Assembly: GCA_050010255.1 (NCBI GenBank)
Contig: JBEKLJ010000001.1
Coordinates: 960-64,959, forward strand
Reading direction: 5' to 3'
Source of the DNA: Bryobacteraceae bacterium
GTDB lineage: Bacteria; Acidobacteriota; Terriglobia; Bryobacterales; Bryobacteraceae
DNA: 64,000 nucleotides
Made by a program: the position numbers and the translations under genes
In this document: piece by piece, positions 1 to 10,244 of the stretch
How positions within the stretch are numbered: position 1 is the first letter of the stretch
How the letters are laid out: each line of letters begins with the position of its first letter
Notes under the pieces: generated by a model
Seen by the model: only the letters and a program-made list of their open reading frames with translations
The model's database searches: none
Told to the model about the DNA's origin: nothing

Positions 1-339
1 ATCCGCGCGATGGTGAACCTCGATTCTCTCGGGCTCTCCTCCACGAAAGTGTGGCTGAGCGGCTCCGACCACGTGCTCACGAATCGTCTGGCGGGCGTGG
101 CCAAAGCGCTCAACCTCCCGGTTGAGGGCGTGAATGTGGAGCTGGTTGGCGGCGCGGATTCGCAATCATTCCGCAACAAGAAGATCCCCGCCATCACGGT
201 CCATTCCGTGACGCAGGAGACGCTCAAGATTCTGCACTCGCGCGATGACAACCTCTCGGCCATGAGAATGAGCGACTACTACGACACCTATCGGCTGCTG
301 TGCGGGTATCTGGTGTACCTCGACCAGGTGTTGGAATAG
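1..339 (+). CDS. M28-family metallopeptidase, C-terminal part (gene starts upstream of the window)
   Basis: Frame is open from base 1 (track ORF 10..339). GGADSQSFRNKKIPAITVHS...ILHSRDDNLSAM resembles the C-terminal metal-ligand region of M28 peptidases. Confidence 0.55.
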   Translation: MRAMVNLDSLGLSSTKVWLSGSDHVLTNRLAGVAKALNLPVEGVNVELVGGADSQSFRNKKIPAITVHSVTQETLKILHSRDDNLSAMRMSDYYDTYRLLCGYLVYLDQVLE

Positions 340-394
340 GGGAAGCGGGGCGCGGCCCGGTGCCAGCCGCGCCTTCGGACGGCGGCCCTGTCGC

Positions 395-421
395 GCGCCG
401 CAGCAGATTGCTGGTGAAACA
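395..421 (-). repeat. 27-nt repeat GCGCCGCAGCAGATTGCTGGTGAAACA (copy 1)
   Basis: Identical to 35501-35527. Lies 14 nt downstream of the pckA stop. Confidence 0.9.
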
Positions 422-434
422 CCCGGGCCAGCGC

Positions 435-2107
<1,673 letters not shown>

Positions 2108-2111
<4 letters not shown>

Positions 2112-3328
2112 AGCCAGTCCCTCACCAGTTTCCGGTCGCCAAGGTAGAGCTCGTTGGGCGAGTTAGGATCGAGCGCCCACTTCATGCGCTCGACGCCTTC
2201 GGTGATCTCCTTGATCGTGCCGCAGAAGCTGATTCGCAGGTGGCCCTCCATGCCGAACTCCTTGCCCGGCACCGTGACCACGCGCACCTTGTCGAGCAGG
2301 AACCGCGACAGCTTCTGCGAGTCCTTCTCGTAAGCGCTGAAGTCCGGGAAGGTATAGAACGTCCCCTGCGGCTTGGTGACCTGAATCCCGCTGAACGCCT
2401 TCAGCCGGTCCACCAGCACGTTGCGGTTGTTCTCCAGAGTCATCCGCAGGCTGGCGATGGAGGACTGCAGACCGTTGAGCGCACCCACCGCCGCCCACTG
2501 CGCCGGCACCGACGGTCCGGAGGTCTGCTGCGACTGGATGTTCACCATCGCCTCGATGACCTCGGTGTTGTCCGAGACCGCCCAGCCCACCCGGAAGCCG
2601 GTCATCGCGTACATCTTCGACACGCAGTTGATGACCACCAGCTTGGAGCTGCGCGTGTGGTTCTTGGCGTAGCTGAAGGCGTTGGTGGGAGCGCGGCCGT
2701 CGAAGATCAGCCGGTTGTAGGTGTCGTCCATGATGAGGTAGACGTTCTTCTTCTCACACAACTCCACCACGCCGGCGATGAACTCCTCCGAGTACACCGC
2801 GCCCGAGGGGTTGTTGGGGCTGTTGATGATGATGGCCTTGGTATACGGGCCGACGGCCTCGGCGATCTCCTCCAAGGTCGGGTGGAAACTGCCGTCCTCG
2901 GGCGTGATGGCCACCGCGACGCCGCCCGCCAGCTTCACCATCTCCGGGTAGGAGACCCAGTAGGGCCCCGGAAAGATCACCTCGTCCTTGGGCTCGAGGA
3001 GCGTGTACAGGGCCACCATGATCGCCTGCTTGGCGCCGTTGGAGGCAATCACATTCGGCGCGCCCAAGCACTTGTCGTAATTCTCCTCGGTGTAGCGGAT
3101 GACGGCCTTCTTCAGCGCGGGGATGCCGTCCGGCGGCGCGTAGCGCACCTCGCCGGTGTTCAGCACCGCCGTGCAGTTGATGATGGCGTCTACCGGCGCG
3201 CGGCCCTTCGGCTCGCCGCCACCGAGGTGGATGACAGGTTCGCCCTTTTCCCTGAGCAAGGCCGCAGTATCGTTCAGTTTAAGGGTGGGCGACTCGACGA
3301 TCGATCGTGCTAGTTGACTGATGCTCAC
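2108..3328 (-). CDS. PLP-dependent aminotransferase, class I/II (aspartate aminotransferase-like)
   Basis: 406-aa ORF with SPNNPSG and SKMYAMTGFRVGW (PLP-lysine) motifs. Confidence 0.9.
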
Positions 3329-3543
3329 CGGCTCTCCTCGAATGGTCAGTCTCTAATACCCGTTCCGGCCCGGCGCCCGCCTACACTCCCGCCGCGTCCG
3401 GCGCGTATAACGCGTATGTATACTTCTGGCGCTCGGCCTGCGATGGGGTATTTGTATAAGTATAGATGAAGTGCCAGCCCCGAGCGCAAGTGGGTCTTTC
3501 TTGGACCCGCCGCGGGCCGGGCCGCGTATGATGGGGGGTCCAC

Positions 3544-5046
3544 ATGCCTTCCGAACGCGTCCGCATCGAACTGAAACCGTTGGGCGAAACGCTTGAGGCC
3601 GGCCGCGGCGCGCCGCTGCGGGACCTCCTGTTCGCTCACGGGGTCGAATTCCCCTGCGGCGGGCAGGGGCGGTGCAAACGCTGCCGCGTCCGGCTCCTGG
3701 AAGGCTCGCTGACCGTCACGGACGCCGACCGCCGGCTCCTGACGCCCGCGGAACTGGCCGCCGGCTGGCGCCTGGCCTGCCATGCCCGCGCCGAAGGCCC
3801 GCTAACGCTCGAAATCGGCCAGATGCAGGCGCCCATTCTGGGTGACGACTCCCCCTTCGAGTTCCAGCCGCGCGCGGGCCTCGGCGTCGCCGTGGACCTG
3901 GGCACCACGACCCTGGTGGTCCAACTGCTCGACCTCTCCAGCGCCCGCGTGCTGGCGGTTCGGGCGGCGCTGAACCCGCAAGCCGCCCACGGCGCCGACC
4001 TCATGAGCCGGGTCCAATACGGCCTTGCCCCCGAGGGCGCCCGAACGCTCCGGGAGGGCATTCGCCAGCGCATTGGCGCGCTCATCGCCGAGGCGGTTGT
4101 GGCGGCCGGGGTGGCGCCCGAGGCCGTCGGCCGCGTCGCAATCGTCGGCAACGCCGTCATGCACCACCTCTTCTGCGGGATTGACGTCGAGCCGCTCTCG
4201 CGCGCCCCCTTTGAACCGCCGCGGAACGGGCTCGAGCGCTTCAGCGCCGCGGAGCTGGGCTGGACGGCCGTGCCCCGGGCCGGCGTCAGTTTCCTGCCCT
4301 GCCTGGGCGGGTTCGTCGGCAGCGATGCGCTGGCCGGCCTGCTGGCGGTGAAGATGGACGCCAGCGCCTCCCTGGTTGCGCTGATCGATCTTGGTACGAA
4401 CGCGGAGATCCTGCTGGGCGACCGCCAGCGGATCGTCTGCGCTTCGGCGGCGGCAGGCCCGGCGTTCGAGGGCGGCCGGATCTCAACCGGCATGCGCGCC
4501 GCTACCGGCGCTGTCTCCGAGGTGTCCCTGATCGACGGACGGCTCCGCTGCCGCGTCCTGGGCGATGTCCCGCCCCGCGGCATCTGCGGCAGCGGCCTGG
4601 TGGACGCGGCCGCAGCCGCGCTTGGCCTCGGCCTCCTGAGCGCGAACGGCCGTCTCGCCGATGGCGTGCTGGAGCTCTGCCCGCCGGTCCGGCTCACGCA
4701 AGCCGACATCCGCGAGCTTCAGCTCGCCAAGGGCGCCGTGGCCGCGGGCGTGCGCATCCTGCTGAAGCGGCTGGGAGCCTCGGCCGGAGACGTTCAGCGC
4801 GTGTACCTGGCCGGCGCCTTCGGCAACTACGTGAACCTGGAGAGCGCGCGGCGCATCGGCTTGATCGAATTCCCGGAGGACAAGGTCACGCAAGCCGGCA
4901 ACACCGCGCTCCTCGGCGCCAAGCTGGCGCTCTTCGCCGCCGATCTCGCTTACGAGGACGTGCGGCGCCGCGTCGAGCACATCTCACTGGCTTCCGACGC
5001 CGGGTTCCAGGAAATCTATGCCGAGCGGATGAGGTTCCCCGAGTAG
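3544..5046 (+). CDS. 2Fe-2S ferredoxin domain fused to ASKHA/DUF4445 domain (RACo-like corrinoid activation protein family)
   Basis: N-terminal CGGQGRCKRCRV...LACHA cysteine pattern of plant-type ferredoxins. DLGTTT and IDLGTNAE phosphate-binding loops of the ASKHA fold. Confidence 0.8.
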   Translation: MPSERVRIELKPLGETLEAGRGAPLRDLLFAHGVEFPCGGQGRCKRCRVRLLEGSLTVTDADRRLLTPAELAAGWRLACHARAEGPLTLEIGQMQAPILGDDSPFEFQPRAGLGVAVDLGTTTLVVQLLDLSSARVLAVRAALNPQAAHGADLMSRVQYGLAPEGARTLREGIRQRIGALIAEAVVAAGVAPEAVGRVAIVGNAVMHHLFCGIDVEPLSRAPFEPPRNGLERFSAAELGWTAVPRAGVSFLPCLGGFVGSDALAGLLAVKMDASASLVALIDLGTNAEILLGDRQRIVCASAAAGPAFEGGRISTGMRAATGAVSEVSLIDGRLRCRVLGDVPPRGICGSGLVDAAAAALGLGLLSANGRLADGVLELCPPVRLTQADIRELQLAKGAVAAGVRILLKRLGASAGDVQRVYLAGAFGNYVNLESARRIGLIEFPEDKVTQAGNTALLGAKLALFAADLAYEDVRRRVEHISLASDAGFQEIYAERMRFPE

Positions 5047-5055
5047 ACCTTCCCT

Positions 5056-5529
5056 TCAGCGCCGCTGGGCGCACAGCCCGGAGCCGGACACGCACGAGAC
5101 TAGCAGCTGTCTGCCCAGAGCGTGCAAGGCGCGCTCGATGCGCGGCAGCTTGGACGGGTGATAGGGATCGAGCAGGCGCCGCACCTCCTTCTCATCGCAG
5201 CGGAGCCGGGCGGCCAGCGCCGTGTTCGTGAGGCCCGATTCGCGGATCGCGATGTGGAGCGCGGCCTTGGTCGCGGTCTCGATCGGAAGCCCGACACTGC
5301 GCTGTCCGGGGTCGGCGCGCGAGGGTAGCGGGATATCCTCCCGCAGCCGGATCCGAGCCGCAACAGCCTCCTCGAGGGCATCGGTGGCGTTGGCGAGGGA
5401 TTCCTCCACCGAGTCCCCCTGCGTGATGGCTTCCGGGACATCGGGGAAGGTCACGACGTAGCCCCCGTCGCGCCGGTCGGGCGTCAAGCGAACGGGGTAA
5501 GTGAAGCGACGTACCGTGCTGTGGCTCAT
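5056..5529 (-). CDS. hicB: type II antitoxin, HicB family
   Basis: YPVRLTPDRRDGGYVVTFPDVPEAITQGDSVEESL N-terminal HicB fold pattern plus a C-terminal DNA-binding-like region. 4-nt overlap with hicA. Confidence 0.85.
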   Translation of the reverse strand: MSHSTVRRFTYPVRLTPDRRDGGYVVTFPDVPEAITQGDSVEESLANATDALEEAVAARIRLREDIPLPSRADPGQRSVGLPIETATKAALHIAIRESGLTNTALAARLRCDEKEVRRLLDPYHPSKLPRIERALHALGRQLLVSCVSGSGLCAQRR

Positions 5530-5741
5530 ACCAGCTCCGAGTGCGAGAGGCCAAGTTGCCTGAGGATGGCGCCGAGGGTGCCCGATTTCAGCTCCTTCTT
5601 GAGATCCGGAATAGTCGCCCTCCGCTCACCGAAGTGCAGCGTGCCGTGGCTTCCTTTGCCGCGTTCCGGACGGAATGACACGCTGATGGACCGCCGATCG
5701 CCCAGCCGCTTCACCTTTCGCACCAATTCCTCGCCTCTCAC
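5526..5741 (-). CDS. hicA: type II toxin, HicA family mRNA interferase
   Basis: 71 aa with a GTG start. KGSHGTLHF and GTLGAILRQLGL motifs are typical of HicA. Confidence 0.85.
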   Translation of the reverse strand: MRGEELVRKVKRLGDRRSISVSFRPERGKGSHGTLHFGERRATIPDLKKELKSGTLGAILRQLGLSHSELV

Positions 5742-5790
5742 CGGCCACCCTTAAGGGTAGTGCGGAGGAGCAGGCCGCTGTCTCCAGTGT

Positions 5791-5806
5791 CGGACAAATA
5801 TGTCCG
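5791..5806. promoter_or_regulatory. inverted repeat CGGACA-AATA-TGTCCG about 50 nt upstream of hicA, candidate HicB operator
   Basis: 6-bp arms read directly from the sequence, in an AT-richer patch upstream of the TA operon. Confidence 0.3.
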
Positions 5807-5877
5807 GGGCGCAAGCAGGAAATGAGCTTCCCGGCACAGGGCCGGCTTTCCGCCGGCTGACGGTAGCCGACTCCCGG

Positions 5878-7314
5878 TTACGTTTGCGGGGGCCGGCGCT
5901 TGTGCCAGTCCGTCCGCGCCTGGAATTCGCGGCCGAGCGCGAGGAGAAGGTTCTCCGATTGCGACCGCCCCACCAGTTCGAGCGCCACCGGCAGGTTGTC
6001 CGCGAAGCCGCACGGCAGCACCAGCGCCGGCAGCCCGGCCAGGTTGCCCGCCGCGCTCAGCTCCGAGAGGCCCTTCCGTGCGGGCGCCGGGCGCCCGGGC
6101 TCCCGGTCGAGCGCTTCGCTGAGTTTCGTCGCCGGCCCAAACTCCGCGGGCGAGACCAGCACGTCAAAGTCGGTGAAGGTCTCCTGGAACGCCTCCATCA
6201 CCAGCCGCCGCGCGCGCATCGCCTTCAGGTAGTCCCGCGCGCTGATCGCCAGGCCGGCCTTCAGCCCCGCGATCTGCCGCTGGTCGGCCAGCTCCTCGAT
6301 GCGCCCGCTCTCGATCAGCGGCTCGAAGACCGCCGAGCCTTCGGCCGCAATCACCAGCTCCGCCATCTCGTCGTACGGGAACTTGGCGAGCGCCGCCTCC
6401 TTCATCTCGACCCCGATCGAGCGGATCGCCTCGAGCGCTGCCTGGAAGGCCGGCCGGGCGGCCGGCTCGGCCCACGCGGCGAAATCCACCGGGGCGAAGC
6501 CGACGCGAATCTCCTTCCACTCGCGATTGAGTTTCGGCCAGTAGAAGAAGCTCTTGCCCGACGAGCCGGGGTCCTTGGAGTCGCCCCCCGCCATGGCCGC
6601 CAGCACCAGCCCGCAGTCCTCGGCCGTGCGGCACATGGGTCCGATCTTATCCATCGTCCAGGAGAGCGGCATGGCCCCGTAGCGGCTCACCAAACCGTAG
6701 GTGGGCCGCAGGCCCGTGACTCCGCAGTAGGCGCACGGCGTCAGGATCGACCCGTAGGTTTCCGAGCCCAGGGCGAAGGGCACCAGGCCCGCCGCTACCG
6801 CGCTGCCTGGGCCGCTGGAGGATCCGCCCGACCAGCGCGAGAGGTCCCAGGGGTTCAACCCCGGCCCGAATAGCGACGCCGAGGCGTAGCGGTAACCTCC
6901 GGCGCCGGCCAGCTCGATCATGGCCAGCTTGCCGATCAGCACGGCCCCAGCCTTTCCGAGCTTGGTGACGGCCGTAGCGTCGTAGTCGAACGCGCGGGTC
7001 GCGAACGGCTTGGCGCCCCACGTCGTCGGGTGGTTGGCCGCGCTCAGCAGGTCCTTGACGGCGTAAGGGATGCCTTCCAGCGGCCGCACTCTCCCCCGCC
7101 CGCGCTGGATGCGGTCATCGGCGTCGCGGGCTGGCCGGCTGCCGCGCTCGCCCAGCGCCAGCGCCAGCGCGTTGTAGCGCGGTCCCAGCTTCTCCAGACG
7201 CAAGGCGAACGCTTTGACCAGCTCGACGGCCGAGAACTCGCGCGCCCTCAGCTTCGCGCCGAGCTCGGCGACGCTGGCGAAGAACACGCTATCGTCTAAA
7301 TCTGCCATGGTCAC
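5878..7314 (-). CDS. amidase-signature family hydrolase (GatA/AtzE-like)
   Basis: GGSSSGPGSAVAAGLVPFALGSETYGSILTPCAYCG amidase signature. GTG at 7314 or ATG at 7308. No signal peptide. Confidence 0.9.
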   Translation of the reverse strand: MTMADLDDSVFFASVAELGAKLRAREFSAVELVKAFALRLEKLGPRYNALALALGERGSRPARDADDRIQRGRGRVRPLEGIPYAVKDLLSAANHPTTWGAKPFATRAFDYDATAVTKLGKAGAVLIGKLAMIELAGAGGYRYASASLFGPGLNPWDLSRWSGGSSSGPGSAVAAGLVPFALGSETYGSILTPCAYCGVTGLRPTYGLVSRYGAMPLSWTMDKIGPMCRTAEDCGLVLAAMAGGDSKDPGSSGKSFFYWPKLNREWKEIRVGFAPVDFAAWAEPAARPAFQAALEAIRSIGVEMKEAALAKFPYDEMAELVIAAEGSAVFEPLIESGRIEELADQRQIAGLKAGLAISARDYLKAMRARRLVMEAFQETFTDFDVLVSPAEFGPATKLSEALDREPGRPAPARKGLSELSAAGNLAGLPALVLPCGFADNLPVALELVGRSQSENLLLALGREFQARTDWHKRRPPQT

Positions 7315-7511
7315 TGCGCCCTGAACGCGAAGGCCGGTTCGGTCTGAATGGGGATACTCACCTTGGCCACCGCCGCGGCTTGCTTGCGCACCTCCTCGGC
7401 GGCAGCCTGAGCCAGTGAGTCGGGGGTCTCGGGCGCGTTTCCGGGCGCCTGCGCCAGCGCGGCCGCTCCGCCCGCGAGCGCCGCCGCCAGTTCCCTGCGG
7501 GTCAGCTTCAT
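7311..7511 (-). CDS. 66-aa protein with twin-arginine signal, translationally coupled to the amidase
   Basis: MKLTRRELAAALAGGAAALAQA Tat-like signal. Its stop overlaps the amidase start. C-terminal IPIQTEPAFAFRA loosely resembles GatC/AtzG-like tails. Confidence 0.6.
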   Translation of the reverse strand: MKLTRRELAAALAGGAAALAQAPGNAPETPDSLAQAAAEEVRKQAAAVAKVSIPIQTEPAFAFRAQ

Positions 7512-7544
7512 GCGGCCATTATATGCGGGCGCGGGCCCCGGCGG

Positions 7545-9053
7545 TCACCAGTTGGCCAGGGCCTCCAGGGCAGCCCTCTCCATGACCGTCCGCGGCGCGC
7601 TCTCGCCGGTCCAAATCTCGAACTGACGCGCCGCCTGCTCCAGGAACATCTCCGTCCCCGGCACGACCGTCCGGCCCTGTGCGCGCGCGCTCCGGAGCAG
7701 CAGCGTCTCCACGGGGTTGTACACCATGTCGAAGACTACGTCCGCCGGAATGCGGTCCGGGAAGAACGTCTCGCTGACGTTGGGGTACATGCCCAGCGGC
7801 GTGGCATGCACCACCGCGTCGAAGTAGCGCGCTTCGGCCTGCTCGCGCGCCAGCGGCTCCGCGCCGCAGGTCTTCGCCAGAGCCCGCACCCGGTCCGGGT
7901 TGCGGCCGGTGATGGCCAGCTTCACGCCCGCCTCGGCCAGCGCGAAGGCCGCGCCGCGCGCCGCGCCGCCGTTTCCGGCGATCAGCACCGTCGATTTCGC
8001 CAGGCGCAGCCGCCGCTCGAGCGGGGCTCTCACCCCGTCGGCGTCCGTGTTCGTGCCGCGCCACCTCCCGGCCTTCCGCCAGACCGTGTTCACCGCGCCG
8101 ATCCGCCGCGCCAGCGGCTCGACCGCGTCCAGGTGCCGGAGGATCTTCTGCTTATGCGGGATGGTCACGCTGAAGCCCGTCACCGGCAGTTTCTGGGCGG
8201 TGGTCATGAAATCCCTAAGCTGCGCCGGCGGCACCAGGAACGGCAGGTAGACTGCCTCGATGCGCCGGGCCTGGAACGCACGGTTGTGGACCGCTGGCGA
8301 GATCGAATGTTCCACCGGGTCCGCGATCACTCCATAGACCCGCGCCGCCCGCGTCAGCTTCTCGATGCGGTAAAGCTGCCGGAGCTGCCGCGCGCAGACC
8401 TGCCCGGCCGCGGTGCCCTCGGCCGTGCTCGGCGCCGCGTAGGTGTACAGCCCCCCGAACAGGGGCGAAAGCACGCGCGAGGGGAAGCCCGTCTCGCCCA
8501 TGGCCAGCAGGATCAGCGGCACGCGCGAGTGTGTCCGCGCCAGGCCCAGCACCCGCAGGTTGTCGGAAGGCTTCCGCGCGGTGGTGACGATCTTGTAGGC
8601 GTCCGCCCGGACGCGCATCAGCCGCCGCAGCACCGCCTCCATGGCCGGGGTGCCGTCGAAGTTGTGGTAGGAGACGATCACCCGGGCGCGGCCGCGAAAG
8701 GTCTCCAGCCGGTCCCCCGCTGCCTCGGCCGTCTCCACCTCGATGTCCACGCCGCGCGCGCCTGCCTCCACCGCGGCGTCCAGGATGCGGATCTGTTCCT
8801 CGATGCTGCCGTTGAACCGGCCGTGGTTCTGGTGGCGGCGGCACGTCGCCAGGATCGCGCAGTCGGGATTACTAAGCAGAAAACGCCGGATCCCCTCCAC
8901 ACCCTCCGCGGGCGCACCCAGGTGGTCGAGCCGGAATTCGAAGAGCGTCTCGCCGGCCCCGGCCTCGCGCCGGGCCTGGTCGAGCAGGCGCTCGACAGTC
9001 GAGAAACCGAGCGCGATGGCGATGCGCGGCAGTGATTCAAGGGGCGGCATCAA
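7545..9053 (-). CDS. bifunctional type I 3-dehydroquinate dehydratase / shikimate 5-dehydrogenase
   Basis: N-terminal half has SYHNF and YKIVT (type I DHQase His/Lys). C-terminal half has ISPAVHNRAF, FSVTIPHK and NTD (AroE). Confidence 0.9.
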   Translation of the reverse strand: MMPPLESLPRIAIALGFSTVERLLDQARREAGAGETLFEFRLDHLGAPAEGVEGIRRFLLSNPDCAILATCRRHQNHGRFNGSIEEQIRILDAAVEAGARGVDIEVETAEAAGDRLETFRGRARVIVSYHNFDGTPAMEAVLRRLMRVRADAYKIVTTARKPSDNLRVLGLARTHSRVPLILLAMGETGFPSRVLSPLFGGLYTYAAPSTAEGTAAGQVCARQLRQLYRIEKLTRAARVYGVIADPVEHSISPAVHNRAFQARRIEAVYLPFLVPPAQLRDFMTTAQKLPVTGFSVTIPHKQKILRHLDAVEPLARRIGAVNTVWRKAGRWRGTNTDADGVRAPLERRLRLAKSTVLIAGNGGAARGAAFALAEAGVKLAITGRNPDRVRALAKTCGAEPLAREQAEARYFDAVVHATPLGMYPNVSETFFPDRIPADVVFDMVYNPVETLLLRSARAQGRTVVPGTEMFLEQAARQFEIWTGESAPRTVMERAALEALANW

Positions 9054-9177
9054 CCGGGTCCACTTAGAATATCACGCTCGAACGCCGCCCCGGCCGGCTT
9101 AATTGCCTTCCTTCGCAGCCCGCCCCGGCCGCGTTCCAGCAAGCCGCAGCCGAAGGCGTGTGAGAAGATCGGGCTAA

Positions 9178-10083
9178 CTACTTTCGGGTCGCGCGCTTCT
9201 TGCTCGCCGGCGGATTGACCGACAGCCCCATGTTCGCCAGTTGCGCCTTGGCCTTGCTGCCAATCTCCGAGCGCGGCTCCCGGCGGTACACCTCGCGGAA
9301 CTCCTGGGCGGCCCGGGTCCGGTCGCCTTTTTGGAACAACGCGCGGCCCTTCATGAATCTGGCGTCGAGCGTCTTGTTGTTGTCCGGGAACCGCTCCAGG
9401 ACGGCGTCAAACGCCTCCAGCGCGTTGTCGTAGTCCTTTTGGCTGTAATAAATCTCGCCGATGTAGTATTGTGCATTCGGCGCCAGCTCCGTCGTCCCGA
9501 AATACTTCAAATAGTCGGTGAATTCCTGGAGCGCCACAGCGTAGTTGCCGGCGTCCTTGTCGCGCATCGCGTTGGCGTAGACTGACTCGGCCGTCAAGCC
9601 CGAAGGCGGCCCCGCGGCCCCGGCCGCCCCGGCCGGAATGCTCACCGGTGGCGGCGGCGCCGGTGGCGCTTGGAGCACCTTGACGGTATTGTTCAGGTCC
9701 ACCAGCCCCTGTTGAACCTTCCCCAGCCGGGCGCTCAGGTCGTCCATGGTGACCCGCAGCGCCTGGAACTCGCCGGCCATCTGGTCCATCTTGGCTCCCA
9801 CCGATGTCACCGGCGCGGCCAGCGTCTTCTCGCGCTCGCGCATCGCCGCGTCCAGCACCGCCACCGACGTGTTGGCCTTGTTGATGCTGTCGATGGCCTG
9901 CAGGAGCTGACCGTTGATCCGGCCCATGTTCTCGTTCAGCGACCGCTCCAGGTTCCGCACCTGGTCTTGCAGCGACGCCACGTCGCGCTGCAGCTCGACA
10001 AACTCCCGCTTCTGCCCGAAACCGAGCCCCGGCGCCAGCGCCGTCACGGCGATGACGATCAAGCCCACCCGCAGAGATGGCAT
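9178..10083 (-). CDS. ybgF: Tol-Pal system protein YbgF/CpoB (coiled coil plus TPR)
   Basis: Signal peptide from the internal ATG at 10083 preceded by GGGAGAG. Coiled-coil region then TPR-like C-terminus. Last gene of the tol-pal cluster. Confidence 0.8.
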   Translation of the reverse strand: MPSLRVGLIVIAVTALAPGLGFGQKREFVELQRDVASLQDQVRNLERSLNENMGRINGQLLQAIDSINKANTSVAVLDAAMREREKTLAAPVTSVGAKMDQMAGEFQALRVTMDDLSARLGKVQQGLVDLNNTVKVLQAPPAPPPPVSIPAGAAGAAGPPSGLTAESVYANAMRDKDAGNYAVALQEFTDYLKYFGTTELAPNAQYYIGEIYYSQKDYDNALEAFDAVLERFPDNNKTLDARFMKGRALFQKGDRTRAAQEFREVYRREPRSEIGSKAKAQLANMGLSVNPPASKKRATRK

Positions 10084-10244
10084 AACGCTCTCCCTCTTCT
10101 GTCTGCCGCAGGCCACGAACCCGGCCGGCGGGCGGACTCATGGCCTGCGATACCCTGTTGCTTCCTCATCGCCGCTCCCTGGCGGGCCCACCCCGCCGCC
10201 GCGTTGGGGCGGCCGGGCGAACCTGCCCGAAGCGGCCGGGCCGG

